Origin: Eledone cirrhosa
Lineage: Eukaryota
NCBI GenBank assembly: GCA_964016885.1
Contig: OZ024740.1
Coordinates: 54,808,001-54,872,000, forward strand
Direction of reading: 5' to 3'
DNA: 64,000 bases
The position numbers and the translations under genes are program-made. Shown piece by piece: positions 29,298 through 43,978 of this stretch. The stretch's first letter is position 1. Each line of letters opens with the position of its first letter. Under the pieces are notes generated by a model. It ran no database searches, was not told where the DNA came from, and worked only from the letters and a program-made list of their open reading frames with translations.

Positions 29298-29301
<4 letters not shown>
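27352..29301 (-). mobile_element. Penelope-like element family A, second copy, 5'-truncated in (TA)n
   Basis: Highly similar to 24672-26351; both ends abut TA repeats. Confidence 0.9.
27835..29301 (-). CDS. PLE reverse transcriptase + GIY-YIG endonuclease, open frame but lacking N-terminus
   Basis: [29 protein letters not shown] (RT B'), YSRYVDD (RT C), LPVLD (RT E), CTNRKCIIC linker, VVY..YIGET with CCHH residues. The first ~46 aa of the tracked ORF are microsatellite/flank. Confidence 0.92.
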
Positions 29302-29353
<52 letters not shown>

Positions 29354-29397
29354 GTGCATATTGTAATGTATATACGCCTCACACAAACGCCTCTTCC

Positions 29398-29434
<37 letters not shown>

Positions 29435-29437
<3 letters not shown>

Positions 29438-30190
29438 ACACAGCTTATGCTGACCGGATAACCATGTTGCTTGTTTTTTTCCTATCTTCGGTTTGCTTTT
29501 ATAATTCTATGTTGTTTATTTGTCTCACTCGCTTTACGCGATTCACTTGTCCCAATAGCTTTTTTTAGTTATTGCTCGCACCAACCTGAGGTATATGATT
29601 CTAATGCGATGAAATACCAATGATGGTTGGCAAATCACTGACGAGGGACTAATTTGATAATATGTAACTCATGTGCAACCACGCAGTATTCCTCTTTCTT
29701 CTCATGTTTTTTATACATATTTACCACGGCTGCGTTTGTCTGTTTCTCTCTTACTGCTCCCCGTTCTCTCTGTTTCTCTCACCTTCTTTCGGCCCCTCTG
29801 TCAGTTACAATTTCTCTCGACTGACCTCTTCCTCGCACTTCCACTCACTCACTCTCTGTTTCTCCCCTTCTCACTTCCTCCCGTTTGGTTAGTAGTGGGG
29901 TCCTTTCTTGCTCACATCTCACTCACGTCGGACGGTCTGTATTCTGATCGCTCATGAAATCCACCCAGCTTATGCTGACCGGATAACCATGTTGCTTGTT
30001 TTTTTCCTATCTTCGGTTTGCTTTTATCCTTGTATGTTGTTTACTTGTATCACTCGCTTTACGCGATTCACTTGTCCCAATAGCTTTTTTTAGTTATTGC
30101 TCGCACCAACCTGAGGTATATGATTTTTAATGCGATGAAATACCAATGATGGTTGGCAAATCACTGACGAGGGACTAATTTTATAATATA
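29435..30190 (+). repeat. ~230-bp direct repeat pair with ~300-bp CT-rich spacer
   Basis: 29435-29665 is repeated at ~29960-30190 (CAGCTTATGCTGACCGGATAACC...GAGGGACTAATT). Confidence 0.85.
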
Positions 30191-30525
30191 TATATATATA
30201 TATGTGTCAATACCTTTTTTTCGTTGCTTTGGTTTCACGTGGCTTGGTTCACCGGTTGCAGTTTTTAATTTGTCAAGCTATCTAACGTATGTTATTACTC
30301 TAAATGACACAACTTTATCGAGTGCTTTGCTGCACCTTCCTAACTGTATATTGTTAGCTTGGCCACAGCCAAAACTTCGATTTTACTAAACTTCCATTTG
30401 TATATATATATATATATATATATTCAAGAGATGCCAACATGAATGAATCTGTTGTTTTTATCTGAAGGGTGTTTTTCCAATTCCACCCCGCCCGTCTCTT
30501 CAATCTATCTTATTTCTCATTTGTT

Positions 30526-30560
30526 TCTTCTGATGAAGGACTAGCGTCCGAAAATTTAAA
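30526..30560 (+). ncRNA. Minimal type I hammerhead, family C
   Basis: CTGATGA A GGAC-tagc-GTCC GAAA ATT TA; intact core, short palindromic stem III region, weak stem I. Confidence 0.6.
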
Positions 30561-30642
30561 ACTCTCTTCCTGCTATTTCAAGTGTTAATCTAATATATCT
30601 CTTCCATATACCGCACCCGATGTGTTGTTATTTCTGTTTACC

Positions 30643-30720
<78 letters not shown>

Positions 30721-30840
30721 TGAAGTTTCCGTTGAAAATTGAAAAAGTCATAGGAGTGAAGAGTCATAGGAGTGAAGAGTGAAGAGTGCTCTATGTGAGT
30801 ACCAGAGCAAAATTTAATGTATAATAAACAACACAATATA

Positions 30841-30920
30841 ATTACCTCATTACCAGAGGTTTCCTGAATAAGATGAATACGAAAAAAAAACGTCCTCATT
30901 CGTTTGTCGGACAAGGTAAT
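30841..30920 (-). ncRNA. Type I hammerhead (inverted copy; core CCGACAA)
   Basis: ATTACCTTGT CCGACAA..long stem II..GAAA CC-tct-GG TA ATGAGGTAAT. Confidence 0.6.
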
Positions 30921-31926
30921 ATAAAACATAGTGAAATATTTGGAAAGTCTCCTCAAGAAATGCAAAAAATATATAAATAAAAGTAATGCAAGAGATATAT
31001 TAAAAGATATAAAAAAAATATAGGGAAATATAGTTAGGTATGTGTATATATATGTATATACACTCACAAATGTACATATGTGTGTATGTACAAATGCATG
31101 TGTATGGTGTATGGTGAATATGCAAGAGGAACAAGAAGATACACACTCTGCATAAGTGAAAAATATTGGATTTTACAAAACCTTAAATCACCAAAAACCT
31201 GCCTAAATACAAAAACAGAAATTTTCACCAGTTGCCCACACATGAAATCACACTTTCTTTCCAGCTCATATAAACTTAACTCACTTTCAGATACTTATCC
31301 TCCATAAACTCTTATTCTTCACTTTCCTTAAATTCTTCTCTTTATAGACTTCTCTTTCTGATTTACTTTCATTTTTAACTTTATTTTTAATTTTATTTTT
31401 ATTTTTATTTTTATTTTTATTTTTACTTCACATCCACCAGTAACACCCCCCCCCCCTACTCTTCGATTCACTTACCTAATATCTTCACATTCCACATTTT
31501 ACTTCCCCATTTTCTTTCACAACCTGATTTCAAGGTCACTTGCGTTTTCCACTCCAGATATATTCGGTTGTTTCGCAGCCGATTTTATATTTGTACTCAT
31601 TTATTCATAAGGCTGCTTTATACTCTGTATATATGTGTCTGAGTATGCTTATGTGTGTATACGTTCTGTATATGTATGGGAGCGCCTCCGTATGTGTGCG
31701 TGCGTACGTGTATATATATGTGTGTGTATGTGTGTTTTTATATCTATGTTTTTACATCTATGTTTTTTACATTCTTATTTTTACGTGCGTATGTAAGCGG
31801 GTGAATGCACGTGAATGTGTGTGTATATGTGTATATATGTATATGTGTGTATGGGTGTGTATGTGTATGTGTATATATATATATATATATAGTCGCGTAC
31901 GTACGTGTGATTAGATATACATGGGG

Positions 31927-31974
<48 letters not shown>

Positions 31975-32632
31975 GTGCCTCGTGTGTATGTATGTACGCA
32001 TGGATGCGCTTTTGTCTGTATGTATTTGTGTGTATAAATATTTTCTTTATAGATATATGTTTTTTATAGATATATGTGTATGTACGTGCGTCCCTATGTT
32101 TGTTTTCTTTTCTCTAGTGTTAATTGATTACTTTCTCTTTCATTTAAACATTTTTTTCATTCACATATACTGTTTCATTTTTATACATATATCGAGAATG
32201 ACACTTCTTTTCACTGTTACACTCCCTTCCCTCTTTATCTTCCGCATATAAGTGACCGCGCGTGTGTGTGTGTTTATACGCGTGCTTTCATACTCGTACG
32301 TGTATTTAATACCTGTGTGGATGCGTGTCAACTATATTATCATTTTCTTTTTCAACTCATATTATATCCGTATTTGTCGTCACACATACACAAATATACT
32401 TGCCCTCATATATGTACTTACGCACACATGTTCACCATACACATGCATTTGTACATACACACATATGTACATTTGTGAGTGTCTATACATACATATACAC
32501 ATACCTAACTATATTTCCTTATATTTTTTATATATTTTTTAATATTTTTTTAATATATCTCTTGCATTACTTTTATTTATATATTTTTTGCATTTCTTGA
32601 GGAGACGTTCCAAATATTTCACTATGTTTTAT

Positions 32633-32712
32633 ATTACCTTGTCCGACGAACGAGTGAGGACGTTTTTTTTTCGTATTCGTCTTATTCGGGAATCCTCTGG
32701 TAATGAGGTAAT
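32633..32712 (+). ncRNA. Type I hammerhead variant (CCGACGA core; GAAA>GAAT in this copy)
   Basis: 10-bp stem I ATTACCTTGT/ATGAGGTAAT with G-U pairs, stem II CGAGTGAGGACG/CGTCTTATTCG, stem III CC/GG, GUA triplet. Confidence 0.65.
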
Positions 32713-33128
32713 TATATTTTATTGTTTATTATACATAATATATATATATATATATATATATGTACATGCCTGTGTGTGTTGTTGTTATTGTTGTTGATAT
32801 TAAACTCCGTTGTTTGCAAAGGTGTGTTTTTCAGCTGCTTAATTAAAAGAACAGCCTGCTTGTGAAATTAACGTGTAAGTGTTTAAGCATAACTTTAACG
32901 TCACAGAGTTTTTGGTAAGGTTATCATATTGAAATACAAGTACACCACATTTTTGCGATAGGAAAAAAGAAAAAACCCTGCGAGCATCGAAATCTCGCCC
33001 TTCCAAATGAACTCCGAGTACACAAACATCTAACACTTTTGTCTTTACATACAAGTACACACAGGTGGGCTCATATACACACATACAATGACGCACTCGC
33101 ACACACATATGCATATATATCTATATAC

Positions 33129-33157
<29 letters not shown>

Positions 33158-33160
<3 letters not shown>

Positions 33161-33355
33161 AAGTTTAGGAATAACCAAAGAGTGCTTAGAAATACATTGT
33201 TTATTTGCTAACAGTGTTTCATTTAAAACACTGGTAGCAAATATAACAATGTATTTCTAAACACTCTTTGGTTATTCCTAAACTTATAACGGCTCTGTAG
33301 TATACTAGTTATTATAGATTGAGCTAAGACCACACTGTCATTCCAAGCACAATAT
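33158..33355 (+). mobile_element. Fold-back insert with ~65-bp arms and unique right tail
   Basis: 33158-33220 is inverted at 33225-33288; axis lies just 5' of GAAACACTGTT (minus arm). Confidence 0.7.
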
Positions 33356-33399
33356 ATCTGTGTGTCTGTGCACATTAATATACTTGTCTACGAAACTAT

Positions 33400-33647
<248 letters not shown>

Positions 33648-33901
33648 AACAGTTATTTTTATCTAAAGACGTTTTTTCCCAATTCCAAACAACCCGTTCC
33701 TTCAATCTATCTTATTTCTCATTCAAACATCACGAGCACTCTATTTCAGAATTATTTTTTAAAAGCATAAGAAGTGCGCAACCGGTAAAAACTTAATTCT
33801 AAAACTGAATACTAACTAATACTTATTACTAATTTATACTTATTCCTAATTAAACTATTTTTCACTGGGAAAAATTTGTCAGCATTTTCTTTTCCTTTGT
33901 A

Positions 33902-34037
<136 letters not shown>

Positions 34038-34235
34038 GGTGTTAAAGTTTGCTTGAAGCATTGTGAAATGTGTAAAATACGTAGTTTAGAAAGCCACAAC
34101 AATGCAGATGGGAAATCTCGAGGTAGGAAGTGAATGATAGATAGGGGAATTAGGAGAAAGTGAAAATTGAGAGAGACAAAGATGAAAACAAAACAAAGGT
34201 AGAAGGGTTACCGTAGTGGAGATTTAATCCCATAC

Positions 34236-34714
34236 CTTTGCAAGGTTTTTCATATGAATTCGTGTGTCGACACAAATATTGTTATACTTGGGGAAGGTCA
34301 TATTTATGTAATAATATTGCCAGATTTAATGACAGAGCGCACTCACTGTTTGGTTAGTTTTCGCTTCTGTGTCTTTTATATCGGTTAATTTAATTTATTC
34401 GGTCCTCAATGTTACCATTGACTGACCAACGACCAAAAATACAGATGCAATATAGACACAAACACATATATATATAGTCTAACAAAGTTCTTTCGTTGCA
34501 CATCTGCAACATCGTCAATGGTGCTATTATGATTTCTCCCGTTGTATTGTATGCTTACGCCATTCTTATTTAGTCTGTTTATTTAACATTGAGGACCGAA
34601 TAAATAAAATTAACCGATATAAAAGACACAGAAGCGAAAACCAACCAAACAGTGAGTGTGTTCTGTCATTAATTCTGGCAATATTATTACACAAATATGA
34701 CCCAGCCCAAGTAT

Positions 34715-34720
<6 letters not shown>
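34236..34720 (-). mobile_element. Family A pLTR-only insert with inverted piece
   Basis: 34236-34580 matches the pLTR; 34585-34720 is the inverted copy of ~34277-34412 ending in (TA)n. Confidence 0.85.
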
Positions 34721-34783
<63 letters not shown>

Positions 34784-35092
34784 TATATACGTGAGTTAGT
34801 TAATTTGTATTATTATTTTTATATATTTCTACATTGTATTGAGAATATCAATTTAACTTTTGTATAGACATCTTTTAAAACTTAAAATGCAGTAAAATAA
34901 TGCAATATCAATTTCTATCATTTCTGCGATACGATTATGTAAAATTATACAAAATACAGATAATTTAATGTGCAGCAATTATACCTCAAAATATTAGCTT
35001 GTAGAAATTAAGGATTTGCAGGAAATATAGCGAAATATTAAAAACATAGAAATTCAAGTAAAGTAATAATCTCAAATTTTTATTTCTTTGAA

Positions 35093-35124
<32 letters not shown>

Positions 35125-36418
35125 CCATGATGATTACGATGATGAAGAAGATGATAATGATGAGGATGATGTTGATGTCGACACCATTTACTTCACGATG
35201 AGGAAGATGATGGCGATGATGATGATAATGATGGTATTGTTTTTTTGCTCTTGTCTTTTACTTCCATGTCATTTCTTGTTGTGTAGGCTTAATGTGGTTT
35301 ATCTTTATGAGATTCTTTTCGGAGCAGTCATATGGTCAAAAGGCATTTCATTTGTGACCACCACTTCTCTATTCCAGTCTAATATACAAAGAACTTCATT
35401 ATCCAATACTACATTTGTTCTTTAAGGCAGTGTGAGTGTGTTTCAAGTGGCATTTATCTAGCATACCAAGCAATCACGTTGTGGAATCGTTTTTCGATCC
35501 GTGTTTAGTATAGAGTTTGTATAGCATTCATCCTCTGTTCAAACAATTCTTTTTCATCATAGCTTTTATAATGTTAAATTGTTTAATGATTGTTCATGTT
35601 AATATACTGCGGACTTTAACCTGAGTGAGATTTCGTTGCCATCTGTAGCATTCCGTTTGCTCTTGTATAATGTATTATTTAAGACCTTTAGCTTTAGTTT
35701 TATTTCAAACAAGGTATAAAGTGCGTGAAAATGCTATGGAAGTTATATTTTTGCTGGAATATGGAACACATTCCTATATTTAATGACAGTAATTATTAAT
35801 GGGAAGTTGGTGAGTCCAAGCTAATTTTGCAAGTGAGCTGAAATGGCTCAAATAGAGCCAGAACGTAAATTCCGTCACGGATTTGTTGATTTCGCCAGAT
35901 ATTTTGTTAGTTTGACTTGCTAATAAAAGCAATGAAATGATCCTCAAATCAATTTTAAAAATGATACACCTTGATCAATTTGGTCATTGTTATAAAAAAA
36001 CGAAGAACTGGTAATATTTGGAATGTTTTTGATCATACGTCCTGCTCGATCAAGAAAAACTTGGAGCTAAACAATATGTATTATATCAGTATTTAGGCGC
36101 ATGGCTTAGATTTTCGAATGTTTTGACCACAATCGTAAAATCGTGGGATAGATTCTCGGCAGTATGCTTTGTTCGGGAGCAAGCCATTTTATTTCATGTT
36201 GCTCCAGTTCATCCAGCTTGCAAAAATAAATTGCACCTGTAATTCAAATACCCAGCCTTGTAACACATTGTGTGCGTAAGAGCCACAAAATGGTTACATG
36301 TGTCTGAGGAATACGCACCAACATGAACGTTAGTTTTACAAGTTGTTCTGTTGAAAAACTCATCGTCGGAATCAGCAGAAGTCAAACAACCACACAAATC
36401 ATTATTAATGTCCTCTCT

Positions 36419-36635
36419 AGGGCGGTGGATTGGCAGTATCGGTAGAGGGGCGGACGCCATGCTTTGCAGCATAGAGTTACGGCTCTTTATGATCTGAGCT
36501 CAAATCCCGCCGAGGTAAACTTTGCCTTTCCTTCCTTATGGGGTCGATAAAATAAAGTACCACTCACGCACTGGGGTCGATTTAATCGACTTTTCCCTCC
36601 CCCCAAATTACTGGCCTTGTGCTTATATAAGAAAC
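36419..36635 (+). mobile_element. Full-length tRNA-derived SINE with 19-bp target-site duplication
   Basis: CATTATTAA(T/C)GTCCTCTCT at 36400-36418 and 36636-36654; A-box-like TGGCAGTATCGG and B-box-like GAGCTCAAATCC. Confidence 0.9.
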
Positions 36636-36759
36636 CATTATTAACGTCCTCTCTCTTTGTTCAAGATTGTGAACAATGAAATAGTATTATGTGAAATTCT
36701 ATTCAACAAGTGCTTTTATATTTTTCAGCCGAGCAGCAAAAAAACATGTTATTGTTGTT

Positions 36760-36796
<37 letters not shown>

Positions 36797-37689
36797 TTGT
36801 TGTTGTCGTTGGTGGTGGTGGTGGTGGTAGAGGAGGAGGCAGTGCTCTTTTTGGTTATATATCCTTTTTTCATTCACTGATTACCTAGTATGATAGGGAT
36901 TGTTTCTTTTTTCATCAAGATTCGGGATTCTTCTATCTACAGAAATCTATATTTGAATAATTTGTCCATTTCTTCAATATATATATTGTCAGTGCCAAAT
37001 CTGTTTTGCTTCGCTCTTTAATTTTAGTAGTTTCTGGTGGAAAGGTATTTAATTTGTGCAGAGCATTTTAGCCAGTGTTGTGAATCTCACTTGTCTATTT
37101 CAACCTTATGCAGCTTTTGTGACTATTGGCCATGTCAGTACTTTTCTTTTTATAGTGCAAGACTGGCATTTTGGATATCTATTTTCAATTTAGATGTTAA
37201 TTTTTCCAACATTTGTGTTGTTTCTTGTCTATCGTTTTCTTCATAAATATCTATCAAATTAATTTATTTTGTAGATATCTTTATAGCTATTTATATCCAC
37301 TTTTTATTTAGCTATTTATATCCACTTTTTATTTAGTGCTTACTGCAGGTAATTTATAACAGAATTCTATTTGCATAAGTTCACAACTTTATTCTTTGCA
37401 TTTAGTTCAGCCTTAAGTAGCAGTGCCTCTAGTATTACGATTTAATCATAACTTTCATTTGTCTAGTTCATTGATATATAATTTCATGTATGTTTCTACT
37501 GCATTTCCTAGAGTACCACGTGTACTTCAGTGACTCTGGCATTCCCTTTATTCCTGTTGTACCTCCACTGTGCGTACAAAATTGACTTATTTTTTTCTGG
37601 GGAATTGAAGGAGAATTAACTTTTCTCATTACTGTACTGTATCAGTCTTATTTTGTTATAGCGTTGATCTTCGCTACAGAGACAGAGGC

Positions 37690-39330
37690 AAGACACCTCT
37701 AGGGGTAAGAATTTTATCTAGTTTCCGCCTATTTGATATTCAGAGGATCGATCGCTGCAATGTACAGCGACATGTTCTCGGTGGTCAGAATAAAGGGCTA
37801 CGCTTGGAGACCTTCAGTATCATGTGATTGTTTCGTTGTAGATGTCAACAATCACTACTGAGAAGCTAGGAATGTTGAGGTGCATCCTGAGAACATTAAG
37901 ATGTGGAGGATCCTTGTTGAGATATGCGGATGACGTCACTTTCGTAATGTCGCACTGTAAACATATCGAGGTGATCGGCACCGCTTTAAGGATGTACGAG
38001 ACAGTGGCAGGAATTGAAAATCAAACAGTAAAGTCGGTTGGACTGTAGTTCGGCATCTGAAAAGGTATGTCATGTGTTATTGGACGGATGGATCGATTAA
38101 ATTGCTCGGTTTCTACTTCGATCAAGATGTCCATGTACAGAAGATTTAGGATAAGGTGAGAAACAGGGTAGCCAGACTCATCGAAAGGGGTCTAAGAGGA
38201 TGTTATCCCTAAATCCTCGAGCATAGTAGTGGAATACCTACAATGCCTCCTTCATCCTGATCTTAATGTCTTGCCTCAGTTCACATTTAATCGGATTGGA
38301 GTGTCTACTATTTTACTTTTAGTGGAAGGAACGATTTCCACAGGCCAGCCGATCCACTTGCTCCCAAATCTTGCTCCACAGTATACTAGGCATACAGTGG
38401 CCAGTGACGCGCAAAAATCTCTAGCGTTTCCTGGATAACAGGTGTCGTTCCCTTTTCTGAATGCGCTTTTCTCGAACTCATCTCATTGACAGAGCTGCAG
38501 GCATGGAAAAAGCGAAAACCTAAGAAGAGGTGCTTGACACCCGGAATATCATCAACTTCTCACGGCCCTCTAACCGTCAGTTAATGCGGTCGGTCAAAAT
38601 TCCAATTTGGCGTTATTCAGAGGATTGGTGGTAAGTATATGCAATGACGGGATCGGCGACCTATGGCCGTCGAGGAAAATCACCTGTCTTGTTTGTTCCC
38701 GAGGGGCTGCTGTACAGAGCCCATGGATAATTTCCAGAAACCTCCGAGGTGTTTGTGCAATAAGGGGTTATTGCCGGTTCAAAATAAATTCTACAGGCAT
38801 GAAGTTTCAGCAGCTGAGACTTTCTAAATTGCACACGTCCAGTGTCCGAGCATTGGTGATTTGTATTTATGTTGAATATTTGCCATCGTTTGTATGCCGA
38901 ATTCATACTGCCTAACTTTGACCATGATGGGCAAGCAGGTTTCATGTCCTTTTTATGACATCATGGAAGAGGCTGTGGGATAGAGTAGATTGAAAGTATT
39001 TTCTATTTGACTAAGTACTTATAGATGTCTTTAAGTTTTACTTGCAAAAGTAATTGAAGATATAGAGAGAAGTTCTGCCTTGTAGCAGATATAGTGAATG
39101 GAGGATGAATTTGGCGGTCATCATCAGAGTTAATAGTTCTGTTCAAAGTGTGCAACATGAAGGAGGACGAAAATTTGGATAAGGCTTTTGCCTTAATAGT
39201 TAGGTTGACCGCAGCATTTTAGGGGATTTGCTCAAGTGGCCATCTGAAGTCTCTCCACTATCGGTGGATTTTCATTTCTTAGCTGTTATCGTTATTTATC
39301 ATTTTAAATATTTACGCCAGTATTTTTCTA
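37690..39330 (+). mobile_element. Highly degenerate Tx1/L1-clade LINE ORF2 remnant
   Basis: YADDVTFV..IEVIGTALRMYETVAG..KSVGL; terminal FKFYLQ..REVLP.. segment near 39030-39150 is homologous to 51960-52108(-). Confidence 0.6.
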
Positions 39331-39361
39331 TAGAAATTACTTCAATGTCATTTCTTAAACT

Positions 39362-39451
<90 letters not shown>

Positions 39452-39517
39452 ACAACAGCAGCAGCAGCAGTAAAATTAACATGAATTAATATTAAGCATA
39501 GATATAATGTCGAAGTC

Positions 39518-39588
<71 letters not shown>

Positions 39589-39665
39589 TACGTGTATATA
39601 GTGTAAACAAATCTACTTGTTTTCCCTTTATATATATATACGTATGTCTTTGCTCATATAAACTC

Positions 39666-39754
39666 GCATGTCTAACGAGATGTCGAAAAATAGTCGGGCC
39701 CCGTCCCCTTGATTGTACCCTGAGCTGATGGATATCGAAACAATTGTGATATGC
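39666..39754 (+). ncRNA. Type I hammerhead with extended stem II loop (two inactivating changes)
   Basis: GCATGT CTAACGA GATGTC..GATATC GAAA CAATTG TG ATATGC; stems I and II of 6 bp each, palindromic stem III. Confidence 0.6.
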
Positions 39755-39974
39755 AAATAAAGTTTGTACATATGCTGCAACACTGACTTCGACTCTTTTA
39801 AATCTATTTACACTCTGCACCCTACAACCGTAACTGGAATACGACCCAAACGAAATGGAACTCGTATATATATATACATATATATAAGTATGTAGCACTG
39901 CAGCATATTACATAATTATTAAATACATAAATTTATGCATATATATGTGTATGTATATATATATATATATTTAT

Positions 39975-40109
39975 ATAACAAAGGAATTGTGGTAAGGAAC
40001 CAGATGGACTATAACGCACGAGAGTACTCAATACTTAGGGTAGTAGAGTGGGAAATAGGAAAAAGTATGACCCGACGTCAGAGCTCTAGCCGTCGGGGTC
40101 ATACTTTTT

Positions 40110-40112
<3 letters not shown>
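39975..40112 (-). mobile_element. Family B fold-back element, axis in the stem III hairpin
   Basis: GGAAAAAGTATGACCCGACG-tcagagctcta-GCCGTCGGGGTCATACTTTTTCC; TA-flanked. Confidence 0.8.
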
Positions 40113-40184
<72 letters not shown>

Positions 40185-40699
40185 GTACATGCATATATAA
40201 ATTCATACATATATAGGTCTCGTATATAAATCAAATCATGTATGAATAATGGCACTAATACATAGATACATCTAGACTCACATTCTTGCTTACACTCATA
40301 ATTACTTGCATACATACATACACGCATGAATAAATATATACAAGGGATTCGTTATGTAGATGTTATCTCCAAATCATGTATCTATATATATATATATGTG
40401 TGTGTGTGTGTGCGTGCGTTTGTGACTGTGTGAGTATGTTTGTGTGGTTATGTGTGTGTATATACGTATACATACTCACATACATATACACACAAATATA
40501 CATACACACATACAAACATACATTTGTACATACATGCATTGTTTCAGGCATGATTACTAACAAATTTTAATGAATTTGGTTTCATAAACTTATTATGCAA
40601 TAAATGTATTAGTAAAGATATTCTCATAGATTATATAAATATTGTTTACCACACACAAACACACACATATATATAAATGTAAATATGTGTATATCTAGT

Positions 40700-40890
40700 A
40701 ATAATGTTTCTACTTTTGGCACAAGGCCAGCAAATTACCCAGAACATTACTGGTATTTTATTTTATCGACGCCGTAAGGATGAAAGGCAAAGTTAACCTT
40801 GGCGATATTTGAACTCACATCATAAAGGGACGTAACTCTATGCTTCAAAGCATGGCATCCGACTCTCTACTGATACTGCCATCCACCATT
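40700..40890 (-). mobile_element. tRNA-derived SINE
   Basis: Reverse complement of the family consensus. Confidence 0.8.
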
Positions 40891-40973
40891 ATAATAATAA
40901 TAAATGTGAAGACTAAATCCGAATTTTAATCTGTTATTTTAATATATATATATATATACATATATGTGTGTGT

Positions 40974-41040
<67 letters not shown>

Positions 41041-41205
41041 ACATATATATATATATATATATATATACCTACATGGAATCATATAGATGTGATTCCAGTT
41101 CCTCAGAGAAATAACAACGCAACCAGGAGCTGGACATATCGGAGTATTGATGGAGTCAAACACACTTAAACAACGTGTGTACCTGTCTCTACCACACGAA
41201 TTTGG

Positions 41206-41260
41206 ACTGCCTGAAGACGTCACTGCCTATGATAGCTGTCACCGAAATATATATAGCAGT
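41206..41260 (+). ncRNA. Type I hammerhead ribozyme
   Basis: ACTGC CTGAAGA cgtcactgcctatgatagctgtcacc GAAA TATATA TA GCAGT; 5-bp stem I, intact core, eroded stem II; same 3' half at 1446-1472. Confidence 0.7.
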
Positions 41261-41326
41261 ATATCTATAATTTATAATAATCGAAGCCAAATTTTACCTA
41301 TTTGACTTAAATATTTTATTTTATTT

Positions 41327-41409
<83 letters not shown>

Positions 41410-41453
41410 ACATATATATATATATAAAATAAAATAAAATATTTAAGTCAAAT

Positions 41454-41816
<363 letters not shown>

Positions 41817-41977
41817 CATATATATATATATACACACACACACACATATACACATACATGCAAATATATATATATATATATATACATATTGTATATATAT
41901 AATTTAGCGAGAATCGCATTTTGATATATATAGATGTATATATGTATATGTATATATATATATATGTATATATATAT

Positions 41978-42040
<63 letters not shown>

Positions 42041-42080
42041 TATGTACTTCTATATGTATGTATGTGTATATGTGTATATA

Positions 42081-42116
<36 letters not shown>

Positions 42117-42187
42117 TGTATATATATATGTATATATATATGTATTATATATATATATGCATATGTATTTCTATATGTATGTATGTA

Positions 42188-42271
<84 letters not shown>

Positions 42272-42637
42272 TAGATAGATAGATAGATATATATATAAGT
42301 TTATTTATTTGTATATTTATATATATCTGTGTGTGAGTGTGCGTATGTATGTATGTGTGTGTGTGTGGGTATAAAAATCTGTTTTTGCTAATATATCTAA
42401 CAATTACAAAAAACATTTACGCCACTAAAGCTATTGAAAGATTTTAAAAAATTCTATTCCCGTAGATGTCATTCCTATATGAAATAAACGTCTCTCTCTC
42501 TCCTAATATATATATATATATATATATAGATAGATAGATAGATATATAGATATATAAATATATACACATATATATACATATACATAATATATATATATAT
42601 ATAAGAAGCGATTCTTTGCTTAAACTTTAATCTGTTA

Positions 42638-42674
<37 letters not shown>

Positions 42675-42676
42675 GC

Positions 42677-42976
<300 letters not shown>

Positions 42977-42977
42977 T

Positions 42978-43048
<71 letters not shown>

Positions 43049-43343
43049 TGGTATTTGTGTGCGTATTTATTATTATGAAAAATATATATATGATTGCATA
43101 CTAGGAAAACCAGAGCTGAATAGTAGTTGCCGTGCATCCCACAATAGCTCTTTAAGCCCGCTAGGTTCATCCGTGCCATTTAACATACCCTTCAAACAAA
43201 GCCCATTATGTATCTATCTTTCTATCTATTTATCTATCAATCTAGTTATCAATCTATCTATCTATCTATCTATCTGCCTTTTATCTATCTATCTAACTCT
43301 GCCTCTCTCTCTTTCTCTCTCTCGCTCTCTATTTCTCACTCTC

Positions 43344-43462
<119 letters not shown>

Positions 43463-43467
43463 CAAAA

Positions 43468-43978
<511 letters not shown>

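Larger units (their letters stand above)
30790..32740 (+). mobile_element. 5'-truncated PLE (second family): inverted pLTR piece + endonuclease C-terminus + long 3' UTR with hammerhead
   Basis: ~30820-31121 is the inverted copy of ~32425-32740; 31123-31290 encodes TLCISEKYWIL..CLNTKTEIFTSCPH, resembling the PLE GIY-YIG C-terminal CxLCxxEK..LN..E..CxH pattern. Confidence 0.75.

Noticed and set aside
27835-29301. Selenoprotein-type (Naiad) recoding of the PLE ORF
   Set aside because: No in-frame TGA in the retained part, stop is TAA, and no convincing SECIS hairpin downstream.
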